DNA from: an uncultured Muribaculaceae bacterium | GTDB lineage: Bacteria; Cyanobacteriota; Vampirovibrionia; Gastranaerophilales; Gastranaerophilaceae | Direction of reading: 5' to 3' | Length of the DNA stretch: 24,168 nt | NCBI GenBank assembly: GCA_964542595.1 | Contig: CAZIVG010000001.1 | Location: 1-24,168 of the forward strand | Shown here: positions 7,341 through 16,260 of the stretch, piece by piece | How positions within the stretch are numbered: position 1 is the first letter of the stretch | Layout of the letters: the number at the start of each line of letters is the position of its first letter | Made by a program: the position numbers and the translations under genes | The notes under the pieces: generated by a model | The model's input: the letters and a program-made list of their open reading frames with translations, nothing else | What the model was told of the DNA's origin: nothing | Database searches by the model: none

Positions 7341-9681
7341 AGCCAAAATTATTGCTACAACGTTAGCAATGCTCTTTATCTTGTGTTTTATAACTTTGAT
7401 ATTGGTTATTATCGCCTATCACGAGAATACGGCATTAAAAATTGAATCTACTGATAACGCAGTGTTGTTTTTCTCTGAAAAAATAAACAAGTCTGTGAAA
7501 CAATTAGAAAAAAACGCAATAGCGATGGCGCTCATTTCTGAAAGTTTTTATCGTCATAAGCCTATTCCTCCAAAGTCATATCTTAATGAATTAATAAAGC
7601 GGAATTTCGAACAGGTGTATTTGCCCAGCGGAGGCGGCGTTTGGCTTGAACCCTATGCGATAAATAAACATCAAAAACAATTCTGTACTTACATTCATAA
7701 AAAAGGCAGTGAAATTAAATTAAATAAATTGGGTGATGAATGTGACTATCCTTACCATAATGTTGGCTGGTATAAATCAATCAGGGGTGATATTTTAAGG
7801 GGTGTTCCTGCGTATTGGAGTCTTCCGTATAACGACGAATTAAATAACAATGAGTTGATGGTTTCTATCGGAGCAGGAATTTATGACAAAAACCACAAAT
7901 TAATTGGGATTTCGACGATAGATTGGACTCTCGAGTCTATAATAAAAGAAATAAACAGTCTAAAAATAACCCCCAAAACGATGGTATTATTTATTGATGA
8001 AAACCATGATTATATTATCGCTATTAACGGAGACCCTTCTGCGATTGATGCGCCGGGGAAGCCTTTACATTTTTTATCTTGGTATAAACCAAATATTCAG
8101 AATAAAGGAACTTTTGAGTATAACAAAACAAAATATGTCTCTTTTGTGAACCATTTGGATAACGGCATGGGGTTGGTCGTGAGCGTTCCTCAAAAGGAAC
8201 TCTTTAAATCAATCGTTTATCGGTTACAGTTTTTAATGATTACGCTTTTCTTGACCTGTATAGCCATTGCGGCCGGCATATATTATATGTTGGCCAAATA
8301 TATTAATAAACCTATACAGTACGTAGTAAGCGCTGCTAATTGTTTGGGCGCAGGCAATTTTGATGCAAAAATGGATATAACCGAGCCGCTTGAATTTTAC
8401 AATATAGCGGTAGCTTTTAATAAAATGGCGGAAGATATAAAAAGATACATAAAAAATCTCAAAATAATGACTGATGATAAAAAAAAGTATGAGCAAGAAT
8501 TGGATTTAGCAAGGGCAATTCAGCATTCTGCTCTACCAAGCGTTTTCCCTCCATTTCCTGATTACAGTGAATTTGAAATTTATGCATTACTCCGCACAGC
8601 AAAAGAGGTCGGTGGAGATTTTTATGATTTCTTTTTTATTGATTATAAGCATTTGGTTGTTCTCATTGCAGATGTTTCCGGGAAAGGTGTTCCTGCGGCG
8701 TTGTTTATGATGACAGCGAAAACATTGATCAAAAATCTGGCAAAAAAGGGGCATTCTCCGGAAGAGTTGATGATACAGATTAACAAAGCAATATATGGTG
8801 CAAATAAAGAAGATTTTTTTATTACAATATTTTTAGGTTTATTAGACGTTACAACTGGTAAGATGTCTTGCGTTAATGCCGGACACAATCTTCCTTTGAT
8901 TTACACAAACAATGGAGATATAAAAACTTTGGATTGTCCTGCAAATATTGTTGCAGGAGCGCTTGAGGATTTTCCTTATGTTGCCTCTGAAATAAATTTA
9001 AGCCCAGGCGATGCTATATTGATGTACACAGACGGGGTCACAGAAGCAAAAAACATTAACAACGAATTATATGGAACACAAAGGCTCGAAGAAGAGCTTA
9101 AGAATGTTACAGAATGTGGATTTCAACCTGAGAGGGTGTTGCATAATCTTGATAAAACCATTTTGGCGTATGAGGGGCCCGAACACCAATCTGATGATAT
9201 TGCTCTGCTTGCGCTGAAGTATAACGGCAGCAATAATCTAACCAAAAAAGGTGAATCTAAAATGGTTGTTGAAGCAACTATTGAAAACTATTCTAATACA
9301 ATTTCTTGGCTGGAAAAATTGTGCGCAGACGCTCAAATGAAAAGAGCTGATATCCTTAAATTGCAAATGGCAGTTGAAGAAATTTTTGTTAATATATCAA
9401 GTTATGCTTATAGTGGCAAAAAAGGTGATGTGAGTATAATTTTTAAGCTAATAAACAAAAATTTGGTTGAATTACAATTTATGGATTCAGGATTCCATTA
9501 CAATCCATTGAGCATCCCTGACCCCAACATAACACTTACTGCGGAAGATCGGCCTATCGGCGGATTAGGTGTATTTTTAGTCAAAAATACGATGGACTTT
9601 GTCGGCTACGAATATATTGAAGGGAAAAATGTCTTAACAATACGTATGAACTTTGATTACGATGAAGATTCCAATAAATAA
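7324..9681 (+). CDS. Membrane sensor: TM-Cache-TM-HAMP-PP2C (SpoIIE/RsbU) phosphatase fused to a C-terminal RsbW/SpoIIAB-type kinase domain
   Basis: Two hydrophobic helices around a Cache-like region (WY..YWSLPY..GISTID); HAMP (KPIQYVVSAANCLGAGNFD); PP2C motifs VGGDFYD, DVSGKG, NAGH, YTDGVTEA, DDI; HATPase boxes EEIFVNISSYAY, DSG, GGLGVFLV. Confidence 0.9.
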   Translation: MWKTIKAKIIATTLAMLFILCFITLILVIIAYHENTALKIESTDNAVLFFSEKINKSVKQLEKNAIAMALISESFYRHKPIPPKSYLNELIKRNFEQVYLPSGGGVWLEPYAINKHQKQFCTYIHKKGSEIKLNKLGDECDYPYHNVGWYKSIRGDILRGVPAYWSLPYNDELNNNELMVSIGAGIYDKNHKLIGISTIDWTLESIIKEINSLKITPKTMVLFIDENHDYIIAINGDPSAIDAPGKPLHFLSWYKPNIQNKGTFEYNKTKYVSFVNHLDNGMGLVVSVPQKELFKSIVYRLQFLMITLFLTCIAIAAGIYYMLAKYINKPIQYVVSAANCLGAGNFDAKMDITEPLEFYNIAVAFNKMAEDIKRYIKNLKIMTDDKKKYEQELDLARAIQHSALPSVFPPFPDYSEFEIYALLRTAKEVGGDFYDFFFIDYKHLVVLIADVSGKGVPAALFMMTAKTLIKNLAKKGHSPEELMIQINKAIYGANKEDFFITIFLGLLDVTTGKMSCVNAGHNLPLIYTNNGDIKTLDCPANIVAGALEDFPYVASEINLSPGDAILMYTDGVTEAKNINNELYGTQRLEEELKNVTECGFQPERVLHNLDKTILAYEGPEHQSDDIALLALKYNGSNNLTKKGESKMVVEATIENYSNTISWLEKLCADAQMKRADILKLQMAVEEIFVNISSYAYSGKKGDVSIIFKLINKNLVELQFMDSGFHYNPLSIPDPNITLTAEDRPIGGLGVFLVKNTMDFVGYEYIEGKNVLTIRMNFDYDEDSNK

Positions 9682-9686
9682 AACGG

Positions 9687-10766
9687 CTAATCGTTAAACT
9701 CTGTTTTAGGATATAAGCCTGAGAAAAGACTTCTTGCAAAATTCTCCCATGTCAATTCAGAAGCTGTGTTGTAACCATTTTCAGCAATTCGGCTCATCTT
9801 GTCATAGTTATCATATACGTATTTGATTTTCTCGGCCAAGTTTTCTGTATAGTTTTGGTCTTTTTTGTAAACAAATCCATTTTCTCCGTCATTAATAATA
9901 TCTGAGGCTCCCACGTCAGAACTCACGATTACAGGTGTTTTGCAAGACATTGCTTCTGTGACGACTCTTGCGAAAGCTTCAAGCAGGCTTGGGCAGATAA
10001 AGCAATCCAGCGATTGATAAAACGATTTTATATCATTTTGGTAGGGGAGAAATTCGACAGAACCGGACAAGCCGAAAAGTCTGACGTACAATTTTACCGG
10101 TATATTTTTATCGTATTTTGGAAATATGATTTTTGCCTTTATGTTTAAGTCGGGGTGTTTCTTTTTTAAAATCCGTAATGCTCTTAACAGGACATATCCG
10201 CCTTTGGTCACGAACCCGTTTGCGTTCATCCCTATGACGAAGGGTTTGTTTATCTCACGGGTTTTTAAAGTTGAGAATTTGTTTGTTTCGTTTACGTTTA
10301 TCCCGGGGTGTGCGACAATAATAGTGTTTTCCGGTATATTGCAGTTTTTTGAATAATCTTGTTTTAAGACATTTGAGACAACAATAGTTTTTGGGCAATT
10401 TTTGTAAAAATGTTTGACGTGAATGATTTTGTGCAAATGTCCCAAAGAAAATATTAATTTGTATAGAAAAAACGGCGCAAGGCGTATTCTTTTTATTAAT
10501 GAAACATTGTGAAAAACGTTACAGGTAAAGGATAATGGCATTCCATCGGATATTATGAAGTCATATTGCTTGTTTTTCAAAAGTTGTTTAACCTCTTTAT
10601 CGAGTTTGAAAATGTTGAAGAAATTTTTGGGCTTGTATTTTGTGAGAAAGTCTTCTCCTTGTTTGTAGGTGTCCACTTTAATATTGTGTTTTGTGCATAG
10701 TTGCATAAATTCATTGATATAACTGCCCATGAACCCTGATTCTATTAGTGCAATTCTTTTTTTCAT
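9687..10766 (-). CDS. Glycosyltransferase family 4 (GT-B fold)
   Basis: IVVSNVLK, VAHPGI, KGGYVLLRA, EX7E motif EAFARVVTE, AMSCKTPVI. Start set at ATG 10766 (AGGA SD); ORF-track start 10793 is possible. Confidence 0.88.
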   Translation of the reverse strand: MKKRIALIESGFMGSYINEFMQLCTKHNIKVDTYKQGEDFLTKYKPKNFFNIFKLDKEVKQLLKNKQYDFIISDGMPLSFTCNVFHNVSLIKRIRLAPFFLYKLIFSLGHLHKIIHVKHFYKNCPKTIVVSNVLKQDYSKNCNIPENTIIVAHPGINVNETNKFSTLKTREINKPFVIGMNANGFVTKGGYVLLRALRILKKKHPDLNIKAKIIFPKYDKNIPVKLYVRLFGLSGSVEFLPYQNDIKSFYQSLDCFICPSLLEAFARVVTEAMSCKTPVIVSSDVGASDIINDGENGFVYKKDQNYTENLAEKIKYVYDNYDKMSRIAENGYNTASELTWENFARSLFSGLYPKTEFND

Positions 10767-10932
10767 TATTTCATTCCTTTTCTTTTGAGACATTTAGGTC
10801 TTATTGGGATTGAAAACCTCCACAAGCATGCCTTATTAATATGACATGATTATACATCAATTTGGATTTATTTGTATACGAATATGCATAGTTATATTTT
10901 TATATACCGATTAAACTAACAAAAAGGTGGTT

Positions 10933-11250
10933 ATGCAAAATTTAAAACTTATTGGAAACAAAATTAAAGAAATCAGAAAAGCAAAAAAAATATCACAAGA
11001 AAAGCTTGCTGAAATGATTTCGATGAATCATAGAAGCATTGTTCGTTTGGAAAATTCGCACAATGTTCCGACGTTGGATACGCTGGAGAAAATTGCAAAA
11101 GCTTTGAACGTAAATATTACTGACTTTTTTGAAACCCAAGACGTCCAAAACAGAGAAAAAATTATAGAAGAGATAAATGCTCTTTTTGTAATGATGGACG
11201 ACAAGAAACTAAAAACCTTTTACAAAGCCGTTTACCATTTTCTTCATTAA
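10933..11250 (+). CDS. XRE-family HTH regulator with a C-terminal helical extension (105 aa)
   Basis: IGNKIKEIRKAKKISQEKLAE....RSIVRLEN..NVPTLDTLEKIAKALNV; AAGGTGG SD before ATG 10933. Confidence 0.88.
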   Translation: MQNLKLIGNKIKEIRKAKKISQEKLAEMISMNHRSIVRLENSHNVPTLDTLEKIAKALNVNITDFFETQDVQNREKIIEEINALFVMMDDKKLKTFYKAVYHFLH

Positions 11251-13703
11251 TTTGACAAAAATCCCCCCAGATTTTCGACATATTCTGCCGGTTTCATAGA
11301 AGAATAGGGTTCAAAACTCAAAACGTTAAGATATTTCTTTGCACGACTCACCGCAACGTAAAAAAGCCTTAACGCCTCATTTTTTTCTCTGGGCTTTTGC
11401 CACAATTGCTTGTAAATAAGTGTTTTGGGGTTGGGCTTGCCTTTGAATTTAGAAATAATTATCCCAAAGCCGGGCTTTTCTCCAAACTGCATATCAAAAT
11501 AAATATTGCTTTTGTCCCCTGATTTTACAGTATTTTTCAAACTCAAAACAAAAACGTACGGGAACTCCAACCCCTTAGACGCGTGAATGGTAAGGATTTG
11601 AACAGCATCCACATCTTGAGGAACAACCAACGGCAGTTCAAAGCTTCTGTCATCTTTGGCCTTTTCAAGAAAATCCAAAAGACTGTTCACACTCACAAAA
11701 GCCTCGCTCTGCGAAAAATCATCAACAATAATTTCCAAAACCTTTAGATTATTTTGAGCCTGATTCGAATCAAAATCGTTGTCAGAGTTGAACAAAACAA
11801 TTTCATTTCTCAATTTTTCAAAAATCTGCATCAAAGACATCGAGCTTTTGTTTTTTCTGACATCGTTAATTGTCTCAAAAAGCGCCTGAACAGAAGGATT
11901 TTCAAGCTTCTCTCGAGAAAGCATCAAAACAGTTTTTTGAGAAAGATTCAAGCGTTTCAATTCCTCAAAATCCATTTTTTCAGACAAAAAGCTGTCAAAA
12001 GATTTTTTCATATTAAAAATCTCAGAATCACTTGAGAAGACCCTCAAAAGGCGAAGCAACGCCTGCTCATCATTCAAATTTTTCACAAGACGCAACGCAG
12101 AAATCATATTTTTCACAACAGGCTCATCAAAAAAGCCCGTGTTAACTTTTTTTATAGACGGAATATTTTTTTTCTTCAGTTCTTTTTCGACAACATCCGC
12201 TTGAGTGTGAGACTTCACTAACACCGCAAAATCCTTGTAGGCAGCCCCGTCACGAGATATCAAAAGACCAATTTCGTCTGCAATATATTGCGCCTCGGCA
12301 ATTTTTTGTTCAAAAGCGTTTTCAAACCCTTCAACAACCGTGACTTTGATATCCTTTGATGTGTCTAAATAATCCAAATTCGGGTTAGCACAAAGGTTTT
12401 CGCTTTCGAGTTTAAGTTCTTTTTCCGTAACGTAATTAACGGCATACAAAACCTCAGGAGTCGAGCGATAGTTAATCGAAAGGTTTATCGGCTCAAAGCG
12501 TTTTCCATAGCGAGATTCAACGTTTTTATGCAAAACCTCAAGATTCTCCATCTGAGCAAATCTAAACGCATAAATCGATTGCTTTCTGTCTCCAACATAA
12601 GTCAAATCGACATTTTCAGGGTTAAGCAAAAGTTCGATAAGCTCCAACTGCGCACCGTTGGTATCCTGAAATTCATCCACGATAATCTGTTTAAAATAAT
12701 TCTGATAAAAAGAACGGACAAGTTTGTTTTCCTTAAATATCTGTATCGTTTTGTTTATCAAATCATCAAAATCAGCCAAATCCAATCTCTCAAGTTCTCT
12801 TTGATAAGAGTCATAAATAGCAGAAATGACCTTCGTCAAAAGGATTTCAGCCTGTTCAATTTCAGGAAGATTCTCAGGAAAGCCCTGCGCCATGCCATAT
12901 TCGATGGCTTTTCGTTTCCCGAACTTGTCCAAAACCAGTTTTTCTTTGGCTATAGCATCAAAACTTTTCTCATCAAAATCACAGTAATCGTCAACATACC
13001 CCCCGAAATGACTTGCCCAAGCCGAAACATAGTCTTCTTTAGTTTCAAATTTGAAAGGAGTCGTCATGACTTTTTGTGTAAAATTTTTCACCGCTTCGCA
13101 AGACGAATTCAAAAACGTCTCCGAAGTAATCCCAAGAGACTTAATTTTCTTAATAACTCCATAAATATCTTCAAACAAAACATCAATATCGTTGATTTTG
13201 TTGAGTTTATTGATATTTTCAACACCCAAAGCACCCTCGAATTCGCCATATTTTATGCGTTTAATCAAATTGTCATAAATCTGTTTTAACTCTTTCTCCT
13301 CAGCCATTTTGAAAGAAGGTGAAAGACCCGCCTCGATTGAATATTTGCGCAAAATCCTCATACAAAAACTATGGAAAGTCGAGACCCAAAGATCTTCACC
13401 TTGCGGTGAAAATGTACTGATCCCGTTTGTTTCCAGTTCTTCGACAATTCTGCCTTTCATTTCGTTAGCGGCTTTGTCCGTAAATGTGATTACCAAAATC
13501 TTTGATTGAGGGTTTTCTTCACCTTTTTCAATCAGATCAAAAACCAATTTCATAAAACGTTTTGAGATAATTTTCGTCTTACCAGTACCTGCTCCGGCAA
13601 CAATTTTTGTACAAGACTCCAAAGGATTCAAAACTGCTTTTCTTTGAGCCTCGTTCAGTCCGATTGCAAGATTTTCAATTGTTTGAATCGCTTTACTCAC
13701 CAT
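11247..13703 (-). CDS. UvrD/AddA-like SF1A DNA helicase, no C-terminal nuclease domain (about 818 aa)
   Basis: AGAGTGKT, TFTDKAANEM, TFHSFC, DEFQDTN, VGDRKQSIYAFR, NYRS, TIHASKGLEF, LFYVAVSRAK; stop about 27 codons after motif VI. Start at ATG 13703 (or 13706/13700), overlapping the upstream stop, GGAG SD. Confidence 0.9.
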   Translation of the reverse strand: MVSKAIQTIENLAIGLNEAQRKAVLNPLESCTKIVAGAGTGKTKIISKRFMKLVFDLIEKGEENPQSKILVITFTDKAANEMKGRIVEELETNGISTFSPQGEDLWVSTFHSFCMRILRKYSIEAGLSPSFKMAEEKELKQIYDNLIKRIKYGEFEGALGVENINKLNKINDIDVLFEDIYGVIKKIKSLGITSETFLNSSCEAVKNFTQKVMTTPFKFETKEDYVSAWASHFGGYVDDYCDFDEKSFDAIAKEKLVLDKFGKRKAIEYGMAQGFPENLPEIEQAEILLTKVISAIYDSYQRELERLDLADFDDLINKTIQIFKENKLVRSFYQNYFKQIIVDEFQDTNGAQLELIELLLNPENVDLTYVGDRKQSIYAFRFAQMENLEVLHKNVESRYGKRFEPINLSINYRSTPEVLYAVNYVTEKELKLESENLCANPNLDYLDTSKDIKVTVVEGFENAFEQKIAEAQYIADEIGLLISRDGAAYKDFAVLVKSHTQADVVEKELKKKNIPSIKKVNTGFFDEPVVKNMISALRLVKNLNDEQALLRLLRVFSSDSEIFNMKKSFDSFLSEKMDFEELKRLNLSQKTVLMLSREKLENPSVQALFETINDVRKNKSSMSLMQIFEKLRNEIVLFNSDNDFDSNQAQNNLKVLEIIVDDFSQSEAFVSVNSLLDFLEKAKDDRSFELPLVVPQDVDAVQILTIHASKGLEFPYVFVLSLKNTVKSGDKSNIYFDMQFGEKPGFGIIISKFKGKPNPKTLIYKQLWQKPREKNEALRLFYVAVSRAKKYLNVLSFEPYSSMKPAEYVENLGGFLSN

Positions 13704-16260
13704 CATCTTCTCCGTCACACAAAAACTTAAACGCACAGTTTTCACAAACCCAGCCCGAAGCCTTTTTGAATTCTGTCTCGTTGAATATTTTATCTACAAC
13801 AGTTTCTTTGAGGTTTTGGATAATTTTTTCTCTAAAAAGCTCTATTTTTTCAGCCGCCACAAAATCCTCGTCACAACCGTTGTCCTTCTTTTTCGGCCGC
13901 ACATAAAGAAGTCCGAGTTCCTCAATTTTGTCCTTATATTGAGCCAAATCCTCGCTATACTTACATGCAAAGTAATACAAAGGAATCTGATAATCATAAC
14001 GATTTATATAAGTTCCAACGTTTGAAGGATCTTTCCCCTTGTCAGTTTTGAAATTTACCCCGTTTTCGCTAATCGCATAAGCGAGAGAATTATCTTTATT
14101 CTTTCCTGTTTTGTAGTCCACAACTCTCATTTTTCCGTCATAAGAAATAATCGCGTCAATTCTTCCATCGAAAATAACGTTCGGAATTCCATCCAATTTG
14201 AAAGAAAAAGACTTTTCACAAACCGCAAACTCAGGCACTTCATCAAAATACCCACACATATCAAGGTCCGAAACAGCATCAAAAAAATTGTCCTTCATTT
14301 CCGCTAAAGAAAGTTCATCTGTTTCTTTTATCAAATCCGAATCTGTCTGCCTAAACCCGACTAACAAAGGCTTTTCGTCGTCTTCTTTCGAGTTAAAAAG
14401 AATTTCAGCCAAACCCAAAGCGGTTTGTTTGTTGAAAGAAGTCAAATATTTCCTGTGCAAAACCTCCAAAACGGAATGGACGACATTCCCGTAACTCGCA
14501 CTGAATGTTGACGGCTCCTTGAGATTCAAAAGGTTTTTGTAATAATATTTTCTCGGACATTTTTGAAATGTCGAAATCGCAGAAGCATTCAACTTTAAAA
14601 CGTCTTCTTCAGAAATTACTTTTTGGGCTTGATTCGACGTTTTTTCATGTTGAGTTTTTGAGTCTTCAGTCTTGGGTTTTTGGGTTTCATTTTTGATTTT
14701 TTTGAAGTTCAATGAATCTGCTTCGCTCAAAACCTTAAAAACGAGTGAAGGCTGAACCTGCTTTTTCGCCTCATAAGAATGAGTCGTAAAAACTATTTTC
14801 TCAAGAGTTTTCGCCATCAACGAACACAAAGAATAAAACCTTTGCGAAAAATGAATTTCATCGGTTTTTAAGAAATACTCAAAATCAGAAGATTTTTGTT
14901 TCATTTTCTCAACAAGAAGATTGTTTGCCTCAGCCGAAATATAAGGATAAGATGGGTTTTTCCCGGGAAAATTGTTCTCGGTCAAACCCGAAACAAAAAC
15001 GTATGCAAACTCCTTCTCCGACTCATTTGAAATCGAGGCCAAAGTCACAGCGTTATTTTCCTTGGACTTGTCCGGAGGCAACCATTGTAAAATTTCAAAA
15101 AACGATTCAAAATCGGGCTTTTCAAAAAGTACTTGCGAATAAAGGTTTTGCAACTCATTCAAACTCTTGATTTTTCCGGCAACAGGCTCTTTCAACTCAT
15201 TTTGTTCAAAAAACTTATAAAATTTCTTTATAACACTTCCAGCCGCTTGGGCAAAATCACCGTTTTTATATAATTCATAAAACGTTTTCAAGGAACTGAA
15301 TTCGCTTATCAAAAGTTCTTTGTCATTTTCATTTTGTGAAATCTCACCCCACAAAGCAAAAACGGACTCAGTCAATGAAAGATTTTTTGAGTTTTCTTTT
15401 TTTGAAACAATCTTGTCCAAAACATAATCATCCTCAAAAAGCTCATATAACAAGTTTTTCACTACCTCATCCAATTGCTCGAGCAAGATTTCTTTTTCGG
15501 ACTTTGAAGCCAGCGATATTTTCTTAAAAGATTCTGACGAAAAAGTCTCTAATCCTAAAGCAACGCAGATTTCACTGATTTTGTGATAGACTGAAATTTT
15601 GTGCTTAAGGTTTTCATAATCTTCGTTATAAATACTGCTTATGACAGGGATGTTCTCTATTTGAAGCAAATCCAAAAACTTCTGGCGAGTTTCGGTTTTG
15701 TCCACAAAAACGCCTATTTGAGAATAGGAACAAACCCCGCCCTCAACAAGCTTTTTTATCGAATCAACGACATAAAGCGCCTCATTTTGGACATCTGAAA
15801 ACTCTAAATATCCAACGTTTTCGGATTCGCATGCCTGAAAAGACAAAACCGATTTCTTCTCAAAAAGCCCCAAAAGATAATCAAGTCGCTGTTTTATGTG
15901 TTGATTTTTTGAAAAAAGTCCCGATTTCGAAGCGCAGGAAAGATTTCCGGCAGGGACCTTAAAACCATTTTTCTCCATCGTTTTCAGGTAAAAATCATAA
16001 ACCTCACAGGTTAATTTGAGCCTCTCCAAATCAGTTTTGGAAAAAGCACAATCACGAAGAATCCCGGCGAAAACCTCGGGGGTTATTCCGCAAGAATTCA
16101 ACTCGTTAAAAAGATTCAAAAGCTCTTTGAAAAAGTAATCTGACTTCACAAGACAAACCAACGTCCGATTTTTGGAGAAGATTCTTTTTGCGGCAGTTTT
16201 GATAATGTTTTGGGCAAAAAGGTTATATGTTTTTTGTGTTTCTGTTTGGTTCATGGGCAT
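13693..16260 (-). CDS. AddB/AdnA-like protein: degenerate helicase-like body plus PD-(D/E)XK RecB-family nuclease with four Fe-S cysteines
   Basis: GRID...VVDYKTG...YQIPLY nuclease motifs; Cys in FQKCPR (14557-14559) plus C-x2-C-x5-C (13746, 13737, 13719); UvrD-C-like FVSGLTENNFP; no Walker A. Confidence 0.85.
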   Translation of the reverse strand: MPMNQTETQKTYNLFAQNIIKTAAKRIFSKNRTLVCLVKSDYFFKELLNLFNELNSCGITPEVFAGILRDCAFSKTDLERLKLTCEVYDFYLKTMEKNGFKVPAGNLSCASKSGLFSKNQHIKQRLDYLLGLFEKKSVLSFQACESENVGYLEFSDVQNEALYVVDSIKKLVEGGVCSYSQIGVFVDKTETRQKFLDLLQIENIPVISSIYNEDYENLKHKISVYHKISEICVALGLETFSSESFKKISLASKSEKEILLEQLDEVVKNLLYELFEDDYVLDKIVSKKENSKNLSLTESVFALWGEISQNENDKELLISEFSSLKTFYELYKNGDFAQAAGSVIKKFYKFFEQNELKEPVAGKIKSLNELQNLYSQVLFEKPDFESFFEILQWLPPDKSKENNAVTLASISNESEKEFAYVFVSGLTENNFPGKNPSYPYISAEANNLLVEKMKQKSSDFEYFLKTDEIHFSQRFYSLCSLMAKTLEKIVFTTHSYEAKKQVQPSLVFKVLSEADSLNFKKIKNETQKPKTEDSKTQHEKTSNQAQKVISEEDVLKLNASAISTFQKCPRKYYYKNLLNLKEPSTFSASYGNVVHSVLEVLHRKYLTSFNKQTALGLAEILFNSKEDDEKPLLVGFRQTDSDLIKETDELSLAEMKDNFFDAVSDLDMCGYFDEVPEFAVCEKSFSFKLDGIPNVIFDGRIDAIISYDGKMRVVDYKTGKNKDNSLAYAISENGVNFKTDKGKDPSNVGTYINRYDYQIPLYYFACKYSEDLAQYKDKIEELGLLYVRPKKKDNGCDEDFVAAEKIELFREKIIQNLKETVVDKIFNETEFKKASGWVCENCAFKFLCDGEDDGE

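Noticed and set aside
12528-13289. 253-aa plus-strand ORF
   Set aside because: Antisense shadow of the helicase with no motifs or SD. The same applies to 968-1249, 1256-1495, 3269-3763, 4910-5170, 6187-6564, 17903-18184, 19145-19624, 22242-22559, 22773-23132 and the other short overlapping ORFs.
11247-16260. Helicase plus nuclease next to an XRE gene as an anti-phage system (Gabija-like)
   Set aside because: No OLD/TOPRIM nuclease or ABC ATPase; the Fe-S RecB-type nuclease and linkage to recA fit AddAB/AdnAB repair better. Not fully excluded.
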